Shown here in pieces: positions 17,388 through 27,900 of a DNA stretch of 32,000 nucleotides. This DNA is from Methanolapillus africanus (lineage in GTDB: Archaea; Halobacteriota; Methanosarcinia; Methanosarcinales; Methanosarcinaceae). Below the pieces are notes generated by a model. It searched no databases and was not told the origin of the DNA. It was given only the letters and a program-made list of their open reading frames with translations. Each line of letters opens with the position of its first letter. Within the stretch, counting starts at the first letter, position 1. The stretch covers positions 43,835 through 75,834 of the forward strand of contig NZ_JAWDKD010000026.1 in assembly GCF_032714475.1 (NCBI RefSeq), read 5' to 3'. Position numbers and translations under genes: made by a program.

Positions 17388-18824
17388 ATGGAAGAAATTT
17401 CAAAATATACAGTTCCAACCGGCGATCCGTTTGCAGATATCGGCGGATATGCTATTGAAAAGTTATCAAAAACTTTTCCAAAAAAAAGCATCATGGAACT
17501 AATTGCTCAAGTGACCGATATCTATGTGGATAATTGGGGAGCAAAAATAAACCCCTTTTTTTTAAATTCAAAAATAACTCAACCTGCATTCGAAGCAGAA
17601 AAAAAGAAAGAAGAGACTTTAAGATATTTCCAATCCCTTATAGACAAAACTGCAAAACACACAATTGGATTTTGCCGAATAACCGGAGATAAAACTGAAT
17701 TGTATCCATCAGGGCGCGATAATTCAATATTATCTGGTTCAGGAACTTTTGTAAATTTTAACCATTCATTTGAATCCGGAATCATGCTTTCAAAAGAAGC
17801 GATTATTAGATTTCATTTTGTTCCCATTGCATGTGAACTCGTTTCTGGATTAAAAATTGTAAACAAAGTTAGTAGCGGTGTTGCTATAATTCATAGCAAT
17901 GACATGAAATTAACAAAATTTTTTGTTCAAAGAAATGTGTCTCTCAACTTACAAAATACCAATGCTAACATTTCAGAAGGAATATTAAAATCAAAATGTC
18001 GATCTCCTGGAACAGAATTGTTTAGATTCATAGACGAGGCTTTGAGTGATAAAGAAACACACAGTGATGACAAAAGTTCCTTAACACTTTATCATTTTAC
18101 AAACTTTGGAGCGACGCCGGAAGTTAAAATTTACATGATCCCCTCCGTTTTATTTATGTTTTATAAATTTACCCAAAATCCAAAATATAAGACTCAGTGG
18201 AATAGATTTGTTTCTCCATATTATATTAATAAAAAAGAGCATCCTCAAGCCAAATGGAATAAAGAAACAAATGAAATTGAGTCAAAAGTAAAAAAAGAAT
18301 TGCTTCAGATTGAAGAAAAAGACTATCAATTCTGGAGCAACCGAATATACACAAAATTGCTCAACGAACAATCAATTCTGAACGAAATGAAAAAATGGTG
18401 CTTGGAAGAGCAATTTGATTTTGAAATTGTAAAAAAATATCAAATTTGGATCAGAAATATGAAACCTGAAACCATAAATAAAATTGATGAAATGGCTGAC
18501 CTTATCTTTGAGATGAACGACGCCGATAAAGTCAAAAAGACGATCAAAACGCTGAACAGTGCAAAATCCGGATATAATTTACGGCGCTTCATCGTGAAAG
18601 ATGTTGTTGCCAAAAATTATGAAATGAATCCGGAAGGAAATGCAATCATAACCGTCGAAGAATATGCTGATTACTTATTTCCGGATACAAATTCGTGGAG
18701 TGAGATGCGGGATGTTTTATTAATTGCAATTTATCAAAGATTACACGAACAAAAAATAAAAGTGGATATCGAAGAAGATGAAAGTTCGAATGTGGAAGAT
18801 TCTGAATTTGAAGACGAAAATTAA
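17388..18824 (+). CDS. cas8b: Type I-B large subunit (Cas8b / Cst1-like)
   Basis: Assigned by position (first gene, immediately before cas7-cas5-cas3), size (478 aa) and an N-terminus (TGDPFADIGGYA) reminiscent of Cst1/Cas8. The sequence itself is poorly diagnostic. The C-terminal tail is very acidic. Confidence 0.6.
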   Translation: MEEISKYTVPTGDPFADIGGYAIEKLSKTFPKKSIMELIAQVTDIYVDNWGAKINPFFLNSKITQPAFEAEKKKEETLRYFQSLIDKTAKHTIGFCRITGDKTELYPSGRDNSILSGSGTFVNFNHSFESGIMLSKEAIIRFHFVPIACELVSGLKIVNKVSSGVAIIHSNDMKLTKFFVQRNVSLNLQNTNANISEGILKSKCRSPGTELFRFIDEALSDKETHSDDKSSLTLYHFTNFGATPEVKIYMIPSVLFMFYKFTQNPKYKTQWNRFVSPYYINKKEHPQAKWNKETNEIESKVKKELLQIEEKDYQFWSNRIYTKLLNEQSILNEMKKWCLEEQFDFEIVKKYQIWIRNMKPETINKIDEMADLIFEMNDADKVKKTIKTLNSAKSGYNLRRFIVKDVVAKNYEMNPEGNAIITVEEYADYLFPDTNSWSEMRDVLLIAIYQRLHEQKIKVDIEEDESSNVEDSEFEDEN

Positions 18825-18836
18825 AGTGGTGAAATA

Positions 18837-19907
18837 ATGACAAATTTGAAAACTCAAGGCTTTATTCTGTTAGATGTTGATGTTGTTGCCCTGAACAACG
18901 CCGGTAAAAATGATCGAAGCAACTTTGATAACGCAGTTGCAACTAAAAAAATCTACAAAAATGGAAAAAGTTACGTTTATGTTTCCGGTCAAGCATGGCG
19001 ATATTGGTGGCGCGAGTCTCTTCAAAAAAATATGGATTGGACAATGTCTCCGATCACAAGAGAAAATAAAATTGCGTTTACAGATGCAAACCCGATTGAC
19101 TATCCGGATGACGACGTTTTTGGTTACATGCGTGCTGCCACTGAAAAAACAACAGACGACAAAGGTAAAACAAAAAGTACAAACATCACGGTAACCCGTG
19201 TTTCACCTTTGAAGAATTCTGCTATTATTTCAGTGACATCTGTGAACCCTGCTGAAAATTGGTCCAGCATGGCCAGACAAGAAGGCGACGCGGTTCCGTA
19301 CAGCAAACAAGAATACAGCGCTGTTATGAAAGGAATGTTTAGTTTAGATTTGAATATGGTTGGAACTTTTTCCAATTATAATAAAACCGGATACGTCAAT
19401 CTTTCTGAACAACTCAAAAAGGAAGCAATTGAAAAGGGATGCCAAGAAGTTGAAGATTCTTATGTAAAAACCAGCGATGGAAAAGCCGCAAAATTGGTTC
19501 AGTTACCAAAAGATATTCGTAAAAAAAGAATTGTTGATGCCGTTTCCGCATTAAAATATATCTCCGGTGGTGCCATGCAAACAAATAATATGGGAGACGT
19601 GACGCCAAAATTTATCATATTGGCAACCACAACTACTGGCAATCATCCTTTTTCTGGTGTTGTCAGAACATACGGAGAAAGAGATGAACAATTCCAATTG
19701 AATGTTAACGGAATTCGTGAAATTATTAAAGAATACAAAGAAACGTTTGCCGGTAAGATCTTCATTGGAATCCGAAGCGGTTTCTTTGAAGACTCTTTAC
19801 CTGAATTAAATAAATTAAAAGATGAATTTTCAGACATGGTTGAACTTTGTCCGGTTAATGCTGCCATTGACCAGTATTGCGAACAAGTGAAAGAACAAGT
19901 GAACTAA
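18837..19907 (+). CDS. cas7: Cas7 backbone subunit (Cst2/Csh2-type RAMP)
   Basis: N-terminal ...VVALNNAGKN....YVYVSGQAWRYWWRESL pattern typical of type I-B Cas7, 356 aa. agtggtga RBS upstream. Confidence 0.8.
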   Translation: MTNLKTQGFILLDVDVVALNNAGKNDRSNFDNAVATKKIYKNGKSYVYVSGQAWRYWWRESLQKNMDWTMSPITRENKIAFTDANPIDYPDDDVFGYMRAATEKTTDDKGKTKSTNITVTRVSPLKNSAIISVTSVNPAENWSSMARQEGDAVPYSKQEYSAVMKGMFSLDLNMVGTFSNYNKTGYVNLSEQLKKEAIEKGCQEVEDSYVKTSDGKAAKLVQLPKDIRKKRIVDAVSALKYISGGAMQTNNMGDVTPKFIILATTTTGNHPFSGVVRTYGERDEQFQLNVNGIREIIKEYKETFAGKIFIGIRSGFFEDSLPELNKLKDEFSDMVELCPVNAAIDQYCEQVKEQVN

Positions 19908-20588
19908 ATGAAACAATATCGTATAAAAATCAGCTCATGGACAGCTGGTTTTCGGTATCCGAATTTGATTTCCGGAAGGCAGCCGACACTTGAAGTCCCG
20001 CCAATCAGTACAGTGCTGGGATTGATGAATGCCGCCTCCGGAAAATATTTGCATCACAAGCAGCTGAAGCTGGGTTATTATTTCGAATACGATGCGAAAG
20101 CAACCGATTTGGAAACAATTTACCAAATAGAACTTCATGACAAGGGATATCCAAACAATTCAACCAAGTCGAATGTGATCAATCGGGAGTTTTTATTTAA
20201 TTGCCGTTTGTTTATTTACACCGATGATCCGCAGATTGTTGAATATTTTAAGAATCCATATTATTCACTTCTTCTTGGAAGAAGCGGCGACTTGGCCACA
20301 GTCGAACAAATAAAGGAAGTTGAATTAGCTGAAAATGAAAATGCTAAGGACATTAAAGGTCAAATTGTTCCATTTAAAGAACATTTCTTGCCGGGTTTGA
20401 TACAACCTCTTCCTCAATATTTTACAGATACAGTTCCGAGACAGAATCTTGGAACAATGGCTTATTCGGTCATTCCTCATTATGCAAAAACAACGCAGGT
20501 CGCTATAAAAGCATTTACGGATAATATTGACGGGAAAAAAATCGATATTTATTTTCACGATTTAGATTTCAAAAATGTGATTGATTGA
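19908..20588 (+). CDS. cas5: Cas5 (Cas5t/Cas5h-type RAMP)
   Basis: IKISSWTAGFRYPNLISGRQPTLEVPPISTVLGLMNAASG matches the Cas5 N-terminal signature. The start abuts the cas7 stop (TAAATG). Confidence 0.75.
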   Translation: MKQYRIKISSWTAGFRYPNLISGRQPTLEVPPISTVLGLMNAASGKYLHHKQLKLGYYFEYDAKATDLETIYQIELHDKGYPNNSTKSNVINREFLFNCRLFIYTDDPQIVEYFKNPYYSLLLGRSGDLATVEQIKEVELAENENAKDIKGQIVPFKEHFLPGLIQPLPQYFTDTVPRQNLGTMAYSVIPHYAKTTQVAIKAFTDNIDGKKIDIYFHDLDFKNVID

Positions 20589-20589
20589 A

Positions 20590-22857
20590 ATGGAACTCTT
20601 GGCCAAATCCAATCCGGAACTTTCACTGAAAGAACACATAGACGACTGTTTGAATATTCAAAAACAATTACATCAGCTTATTCCAAACATTCCGGTCGGA
20701 AGAGAAGATTTTTGGGATTTACTTTCGATTTCAATGATTTGTCATGATTTGGGAAAAGCCCATCCGGAATTTCAGAAAAAATTGAAAAATGAAAATAATA
20801 ATTGGTGGTTTCAACGCCACGAACTTTTATCCCTTCCGTTTGTTTGGAGTTTAACATTGACGCCGGAACAAAAAAATTACATTTCTTTTTCTATTGCCGG
20901 CCACCATAAGGATTTGGATAAGCTTTTCGGATTTGTTTCAAAATGCTATCAACCAAAAATAGACTTTGGTGATGATTCGGATGGGCGGTTAAATTTTGCG
21001 GAAGAATTTGAAAAAATTGATTTCCAAAAAGTTTCAAATTTGTTGGATCAATATCCGATTGAGATTTCGCAGAGTCAAACAATTAAAACTTCCATTAATG
21101 TTTACGATCTTGTAAAACAATACAAAAGACAATCTGTTGATCTCAATTCATATTCAGACGATTTTTTCATTAAATTGCTGCTTGTCGGGGCAACCAAGCA
21201 ATGCGACCATCTCGCTTCGGCCGGTATTAAAACATTAAATTCATTGGATCCGTGTGATTTTGATTATTTATCTGATCTCAAATCTCCATATTTGCATCAG
21301 ATTGGTTGTTTAGGGATCAACGGAAATGCTATACTCAATGCACCAACGGGCTCCGGAAAAACGGAAGCTGCCTTTTTTTGGTTGAAAAATCAAATGGATT
21401 GTTATGGCCAAGGACGCGTCTTTTACATTCTCCCATTTACTGCTTCAATCAACGCTATGTTTGAGCGTTTGAATCAAAAAATAGATGCAACACCTGAAAA
21501 AGTCGGCATGGTTCACGGAAAATTAGAAGAGTATTTGGAACAAAAATTCTCAGAAGATTACGAAAATCCGGAAATGGATGAAACAAAAAGAAAACAACTG
21601 ACCGAAGAATTCAAAACGTTGGTGACTCCGGTTAAGATTGTAACGCCGTTTCAATTACTCAAATATTTTTTCGGAATTAAAGGATTTGAGAAGGGGTTGT
21701 TTGAGCTAACCGGCAGCTATCTTATTTTTGATGAAATTCATGCTTATGACCCGAGAGTGTTTGCTCAAATCATTGTTCTTCTTAGATTTGTCACACAAAA
21801 ATTAAATGCGAAAGTTTTGGTGATGACTGCAACTCTGCCGACATTTATGAGAATTCAAATTGAAAACGCAATTGGAGATCATACATTCCTACAAGCTGAA
21901 GACTCCTTATATGACTCTTTTAACAGACACCGCGTCAAACTGATGACCGGAAGACTTCGATGTCATCTGAAATTGATACAAGAAAAACTGGATGTCGGAA
22001 AAAAAGTATTAGTTGTTTGCAATACTGTCGCTGAATCTCAATATGTATACAAAAATTTGAAGTCGGAAAACAAAGTGTTGATTCACGGATCATTTAATTC
22101 AGAAGATCGATTTGAAAAAGAAAAACAACTGAAAGAGGAGAAAACGATGCTCCTTGTCGGAACTCAAGCTATTGAAGTTAGTTTGGATATTGATTTTGAC
22201 GTTATCTTTTCAGAGCCGGCCCCTCTTGATGCACTGATTCAACGATTCGGGCGAATTAACCGGAAACGAGAGAAAGGGATTTGTGAATGTTTCGTATTTA
22301 CGGAACGAAACAAAAATGATTCATTTATATATCCGGAAGAAGAAATTATCCGAACTTTGGATGTGTTGAAAAAAATAGAATTAGATCAGGACGGATTGAT
22401 AAGAGAAAAAGAGTTGCAAGAGATGATGGATTTTGTTTATCCAAGTTGGAATGAAAAAGAACAAAAAATATTTGAGGATACCATCTGCATTTTAGAAGAT
22501 TTTGTTTTAAATGAATTGTCTCCTCTGAAATATACGCCTGAGAGCGAAGACCAGTATTATGAACAATTCAAAGGTGTTAAGGTTCTGCCTATTGCTTGTT
22601 CGAAAAAATACAGACAATATCTTGAGAATAATCAATTTGTTAAGGCCAACGGTTTGCTGATTCAAATTACAGAACCACGATTCGTCGGCATGATCAAAAA
22701 TAATGATATTGAACGAGATTACTTTTCATATGAAGTTAAAGGTAAAGAAACAGTTAAAGACAAGTTTGTTTACGTGATCAAAAGAAGGTATGATCCTGAA
22801 CTTGGTTTGTTGATCAATGAAGAAGAATATGGCGGAAAAGACAATATTGGGTTATAA
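20590..22857 (+). CDS. cas3: Cas3 fused HD nuclease plus SF2 helicase
   Basis: HD motifs (LKEHIDD, ICHDLGK, GHHKD), Walker A NAPTGSGKTEAA, DEIH box (FDEIHAYD), motif VI QRFGRINR. ATG 20590 directly follows the cas5 stop; the track start 20581 is TTG. Confidence 0.9.
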   Translation: MELLAKSNPELSLKEHIDDCLNIQKQLHQLIPNIPVGREDFWDLLSISMICHDLGKAHPEFQKKLKNENNNWWFQRHELLSLPFVWSLTLTPEQKNYISFSIAGHHKDLDKLFGFVSKCYQPKIDFGDDSDGRLNFAEEFEKIDFQKVSNLLDQYPIEISQSQTIKTSINVYDLVKQYKRQSVDLNSYSDDFFIKLLLVGATKQCDHLASAGIKTLNSLDPCDFDYLSDLKSPYLHQIGCLGINGNAILNAPTGSGKTEAAFFWLKNQMDCYGQGRVFYILPFTASINAMFERLNQKIDATPEKVGMVHGKLEEYLEQKFSEDYENPEMDETKRKQLTEEFKTLVTPVKIVTPFQLLKYFFGIKGFEKGLFELTGSYLIFDEIHAYDPRVFAQIIVLLRFVTQKLNAKVLVMTATLPTFMRIQIENAIGDHTFLQAEDSLYDSFNRHRVKLMTGRLRCHLKLIQEKLDVGKKVLVVCNTVAESQYVYKNLKSENKVLIHGSFNSEDRFEKEKQLKEEKTMLLVGTQAIEVSLDIDFDVIFSEPAPLDALIQRFGRINRKREKGICECFVFTERNKNDSFIYPEEEIIRTLDVLKKIELDQDGLIREKELQEMMDFVYPSWNEKEQKIFEDTICILEDFVLNELSPLKYTPESEDQYYEQFKGVKVLPIACSKKYRQYLENNQFVKANGLLIQITEPRFVGMIKNNDIERDYFSYEVKGKETVKDKFVYVIKRRYDPELGLLINEEEYGGKDNIGL

Positions 22858-22927
22858 CTTGATTTGTACTAAAAACAAGAAAATAAATATTAAAATCATT
22901 AAATAGAATACAAGTTAAAGGTGGATT

Positions 22928-23473
22928 ATGTCCTTAGATCCGTTTTTGGCACCCTTATCCATGAACACGTCCATCACCGGCGTCAAAGTCTCTTATTACT
23001 TTATCTGCCGCACCAAGCTGTGGCTTTTTTCTCACAACATTCAGCTTGAGCGTGAAAACGATAATGTTCAGATCGGAAAAGACCTGAACGAAGACCGATA
23101 TTCTCGGGACAAAAAAGATATTACCATTGATCAAACCATCAGCGTTGACTTTATTGAGAAATCCAAAGACGGCGACAAACTCATTCTTCATGAAATTAAA
23201 AAATCGCAAAGTATGGAAGAGGCGCATGACTGGCAAATGCTTTACTATCTTTATTATTTTAAAACAAAAGGCGTACCTGCCGAGGGAGAATTGAATTACC
23301 CGCTGGTCAGTAAAACGAAAAAGGTGATTTTAACGCCGGAAAAAGAAACAAAAATGGCGGAAATTATGGACAATATTTTGAAAATAATCAGTGGGAAACT
23401 GCCGACGCCGCAAAAAAAACAGATTTGTCCGAAATGTGCTTATTACGAATTTTGTTTTGGTGACGACGTATGA
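22928..23473 (+). CDS. cas4: Cas4 (RecB-like exonuclease with 4-Cys cluster)
   Basis: N-terminal Cys (YFICRTKLW), plus a C-terminal [16 protein letters not shown] nuclease motif, 181 aa. aaaggtgga RBS upstream. Confidence 0.85.
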   Translation: MSLDPFLAPLSMNTSITGVKVSYYFICRTKLWLFSHNIQLERENDNVQIGKDLNEDRYSRDKKDITIDQTISVDFIEKSKDGDKLILHEIKKSQSMEEAHDWQMLYYLYYFKTKGVPAEGELNYPLVSKTKKVILTPEKETKMAEIMDNILKIISGKLPTPQKKQICPKCAYYEFCFGDDV

Positions 23474-24483
23474 AAACCGACTATTATATCACAAATGATG
23501 GAACGCTCAAACGACATGAAAACACCGTTTATTTTGAGAATACAAATCCGGAAACCGGAGAGGTGAATAAACGAGCCATCCCAATCAATAAGATTTACTG
23601 CATCCATGCGTACGGGCGTCTGACGCTCAGTTCCGGCGTGATTGACTATTTGGCAAAACATGGTGTCCCCATTCATTATTACAATTATTATGGATTTTAT
23701 GAAGGGAGTTTTTATCCAAGAGAAACACTTGTCAGCGGCGATGTAACTGTTTGCCAAGCTTCTCATTATTTGGACCAAACCAAACGCCTGATTTTAGCGA
23801 AAAAGTTTGTCGAAGGCGGCAGCAAAAATATTCTCCGCAATTTGAAATATTATTCCAAGGAAGACATGATTCCGGTTCTTTCGCCCTTTATTGAAAATAT
23901 CGAAAAAGAACTCGATCGGCTGCCGGATACGAACACAATTCCTGAAATTATGAACGTTGAAGGTCGAATTCGAAATCTCTATTACAATGCTTTTGATGAG
24001 ATCGTTCCGGAAGAATACCAAATTGTCAAAAGAACACGCATGCCGCCGGAAAATAAAATGAATACGTTGATCAGTTTCGGGAATTCAGTTCTTTACAGTA
24101 CGATTTTGTCTGAAATCTACAATACGCAGGCGAATCCGACGATTTCGTTTTTGCATGAGCCGTTTGTTCGTCGATTTTCTTTGTCATTGGACGTCAGTGA
24201 AATTTTCAAGCCGATTATTGTGGACCGCATCATTTTCAAGTTGGTGAATAAGAATATGCTTGATGACAGCTGTTTTTCCGGCAATTTAGGAAATATGCTC
24301 TTGAGTGAAAAAGGAAAGAAGATATTTTTGAAAGAATATGATGAAAAACTGGACACAACAATCATGCATCGAAATTTGAAAAGAAAAGTTTCTTATAAAA
24401 ACTTAATTCGATATGAAATCTACAAATTAATCAAACACTTTATAGAAGCAAAGGAATATAATCCTCTTGTGATGTGGTGGTAA
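23470..24483 (+). CDS. cas1: Cas1 integrase
   Basis: Cas1 motifs: [38 protein letters not shown]...[20 protein letters not shown] overlap with cas4. Confidence 0.9.
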   Translation: MKTDYYITNDGTLKRHENTVYFENTNPETGEVNKRAIPINKIYCIHAYGRLTLSSGVIDYLAKHGVPIHYYNYYGFYEGSFYPRETLVSGDVTVCQASHYLDQTKRLILAKKFVEGGSKNILRNLKYYSKEDMIPVLSPFIENIEKELDRLPDTNTIPEIMNVEGRIRNLYYNAFDEIVPEEYQIVKRTRMPPENKMNTLISFGNSVLYSTILSEIYNTQANPTISFLHEPFVRRFSLSLDVSEIFKPIIVDRIIFKLVNKNMLDDSCFSGNLGNMLLSEKGKKIFLKEYDEKLDTTIMHRNLKRKVSYKNLIRYEIYKLIKHFIEAKEYNPLVMWW

Positions 24484-24484
24484 T

Positions 24485-24748
24485 TTGTATGTTGTGATTG
24501 TTTATGATGTGAATGTTGAATATGTCAATAAAGTTCGAATTTTTTTGAAGCAATATTTGAACTGGGTTCAAAACAGTGTTTTTGAAGGAGAATTGACGGA
24601 GGCTGAATATAATAAAGTCATGAATCATTTAGAAAAAATCATTGATAAAGCGAATGGTCATGTTTTGTGTTATATTAGCCGCGACAAGAGATATTTGAAG
24701 ATTGATGAAATCGGAATTCGAAAAGCTGAAATTAACAATTTTTTGTGA
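24485..24748 (+). CDS. cas2: Cas2
   Basis: MYVVIVYDV...VRIFLKQYLNWVQNSVFEGELT ferredoxin-fold Cas2 signature, 87 aa, TTG start directly after the cas1 stop. Confidence 0.85.
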   Translation: MYVVIVYDVNVEYVNKVRIFLKQYLNWVQNSVFEGELTEAEYNKVMNHLEKIIDKANGHVLCYISRDKRYLKIDEIGIRKAEINNFL

Positions 24749-24941
24749 CAAAATTGATTTTTGTCGTGGATCTTTATATATGAATGACAAAACATAAGAA
24801 CCACGATTTTTCAAATTTTTTATTGGCAATATTTTTATGCTATTAAGACTATTCAGTTTTTGAAAAAACAGGATGTTTTGACTTCTTTTTAATGATCGTA
24901 ACGACCATTGAAAAAGGTCAAATATTGACGATTTTTTCTTG
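24749..24941 (+). promoter_or_regulatory. CRISPR leader (AT-rich, contains the TATA-like ctttatatat at ~24772)
   Basis: 193-bp non-coding AT-rich segment between cas2 and the first repeat. Array polarity is set by the degenerate repeats at the far end. Confidence 0.6.
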
Positions 24942-27900
24942 GTTAAAATCAGAACTTAGAGATATTGAAATTTAACCATTCCTGGTGTTTTTTTAATTTC
25001 TCTGGTTAAAATCAGAACTTAGAGATATTGAAATACTGGAACAGCCACTCATCGGACGTAAAAACCACAGTTAAAATCAGAACTTAGAGATATTGAAATT
25101 TCAATTTTTGATGTATAATTTAAATCCATGTAAATGTTAAAATCAGAACTTAGAGATATTGAAATAACATCAATCTTTTTTGGTTCTTCTAACTTAATAA
25201 CGGTTAAAATCAGAACTTAGAGATATTGAAATGCAGAAGTTATTGCTAAGTGGTTAGAACAAAGTTATAGTTAAAATCAGAACTTAGAGATATTGAAATA
25301 AAAAATATATTGGGGATTTATTAAATGAAACAAAAGTTAAAATCAGAACTTAGAGATATTGAAATGCGGAAAATCGCCGAACAAGTACAAACCGTAACTG
25401 GTTAAAATCAGAACTTAGAGATATTGAAATTTTTTATAAATTTGAAACAGCAGCGGTTTTGTCAGCGTTAAAATCAGAACTTAGAGATATTGAAATGAAG
25501 GATGGGGCGGCATGCTTCAACTTTATGTCGGGTTAAAATCAGAACTTAGAGATATTGAAATTTATCAGTTGACAACAACAAAATAACCGAATGCGCATGT
25601 TAAAATCAGAACTTAGAGATATTGAAATATTGAACGAAACAATAGTCGGGTTCAAAGTACCGTGTTAAAATCAGAACTTAGAGATATTGAAATCTTATTG
25701 AATGTTATTCTTATTACAGTTTATGTATCGTTAAAATCAGAACTTAGAGATATTGAAATGATTAAAGAATTCCGTCATACGCTTGCGACGCTGAAAGTTA
25801 AAATCAGAACTTAGAGATATTGAAATTTTAAAAAACTGATGGGGAGTGGTTACTCCCCGATTGTTAAAATCAGAACTTAGAGATATTGAAATACAGAAGA
25901 ATTATTCAAAACATTGATCATCTGCTGGGTTAAAATCAGAACTTAGAGATATTGAAATTCTGTTTCTCTAAAGTTCTAACGTAGAAAGTCTTATCGTTAA
26001 AATCAGAACTTAGAGATATTGAAATTCTGCAAGGCGACACATCAATTCCTGAAGATTGTCAGTTAAAATCAGAACTTAGAGATATTGAAATATATTCAAT
26101 AAGAGCAGTCAGACAATCATGATGTTTAGTTAAAATCAGAACTTAGAGATATTGAAATCAAATCGATAGCCGAAGACCGTAAAATACCTTCACAGTTAAA
26201 ATCAGAACTTAGAGATATTGAAATCCTATTGTTATTGTCCTTTTTGGAGAAAAAAATCATGGTTAAAATCAGAACTTAGAGATATTGAAATTTTACTATA
26301 AACGGTTTATAAAAGTTCAGGTCTTATGTTAAAATCAGAACTTAGAGATATTGAAATCTTTGAACCAAATGAAACACTGTTTGTTGAATACGGGTTAAAA
26401 TCAGAACTTAGAGATATTGAAATACGGCTGCCATTGGGTAACCGGTCCGATTGTCATCCGGTTAAAATCAGAACTTAGAGATATTGAAATGTGCTATGTT
26501 GTCGTTGACTAAAATATATTGTTTAAGTTAAAATCAGAACTTAGAGATATTGAAATGCATATTTGTGCCGGAACTGACCCGTTTCCGGATCGTTAAAATC
26601 AGAACTTAGAGATATTGAAATGGAACATCATCGCGGCAACGGAAATCTCAAATCGGTGTTAAAATCAGAACTTAGAGATATTGAAATAATCAATCAGTTC
26701 TTGTCGTCTGATTCCTGTTTTTGGTTAAAATCAGAACTTAGAGATATTGAAATGTTTAAGAGTAAATACGATGGCATTATAGGAACGCGGTTAAAATCAG
26801 AACTTAGAGATATTGAAATTTGAAAACCATGCTTCGATCGAATCAGGGTATTTAAGTTAAAATCAGAACTTAGAGATATTGAAATATGAGAGGACTCTAT
26901 ATTTACATGACATATCAAGAGAGTTAAAATCAGAACTTAGAGATATTGAAATGCAATCTTGACGGAAGACAGAATTATCAGATTCATAGTTAAAATCAGA
27001 ACTTAGAGATATTGAAATTTTTTATGTAGATAGTGATTAAATTCAGGAAGTTGAGTTAAAATCAGAACTTAGAGATATTGAAATTTAATAAAATCAGGAC
27101 AATAGGAATAACAAACACCCGTTAAAATCAGAACTTAGAGATATTGAAATATGATTTAATTATGAATGGTATGAGAGGGTTAACGGTTAAAATCAGAACT
27201 TAGAGATATTGAAATGAAAAAAATCAAATTGTATGCAAAAAATGGATAAAATGTTAAAATCAGAACTTAGAGATATTGAAATAAAGGACAACCGCGCCGA
27301 CAAGCCCCGAATTATTGAGTTAAAATCAGAACTTAGAGATATTGAAATGGTATTGTTGAATTAAACTAAAAAAATTAGAAAGATGTTAAAATCAGAACTT
27401 AGAGATATTGAAATACCTCAGAGGCGCCAACCTCGAAGACGCCAACCTCAGAGTTAAAATCAGAACTTAGAGATATTGAAATAAGCGAGATTGCATTCCA
27501 ACAAATCAGGCCGTCCGGGTTAAAATCAGAACTTAGAGATATTGAAATGATCTATGGACAAGAACAAAATCCTCTTGATAAGTTGTTAAAATCAGAACTT
27601 AGAGATATTGAAATCAGCATATCTGTTTGATGTATCAACTACCATGAGTGGTTAAAATCAGAACTTAGAGATATTGAAATATTACTTCCGGAGATGACGA
27701 GCGAGTAAGCCGGCAAGTTAAAATCAGAACTTAGAGATATTGAAATAGAGCATTTATGAATGATGAAATGAACATTCAAGAAGTTAAAATCAGAACTTAG
27801 AGATATTGAAATGTAATTAACATGATATAACCATTCAACTGATTAATCAGTTAAAATCAGAACTTAGAGATATTGAAATATCATACATAGTTGTGCGTCG

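Noticed and set aside
27415-27452. Spacer 38 contains an internal tandem repeat (gccaacctcaga / gccaacctcgaa), which could have been an array error
   Set aside because: The flanking repeats are intact and the spacer length (38 nt) is within range. In one frame it reads LRGANLEDANLR, i.e. it was probably taken from a pentapeptide-repeat protein gene. A curiosity only.
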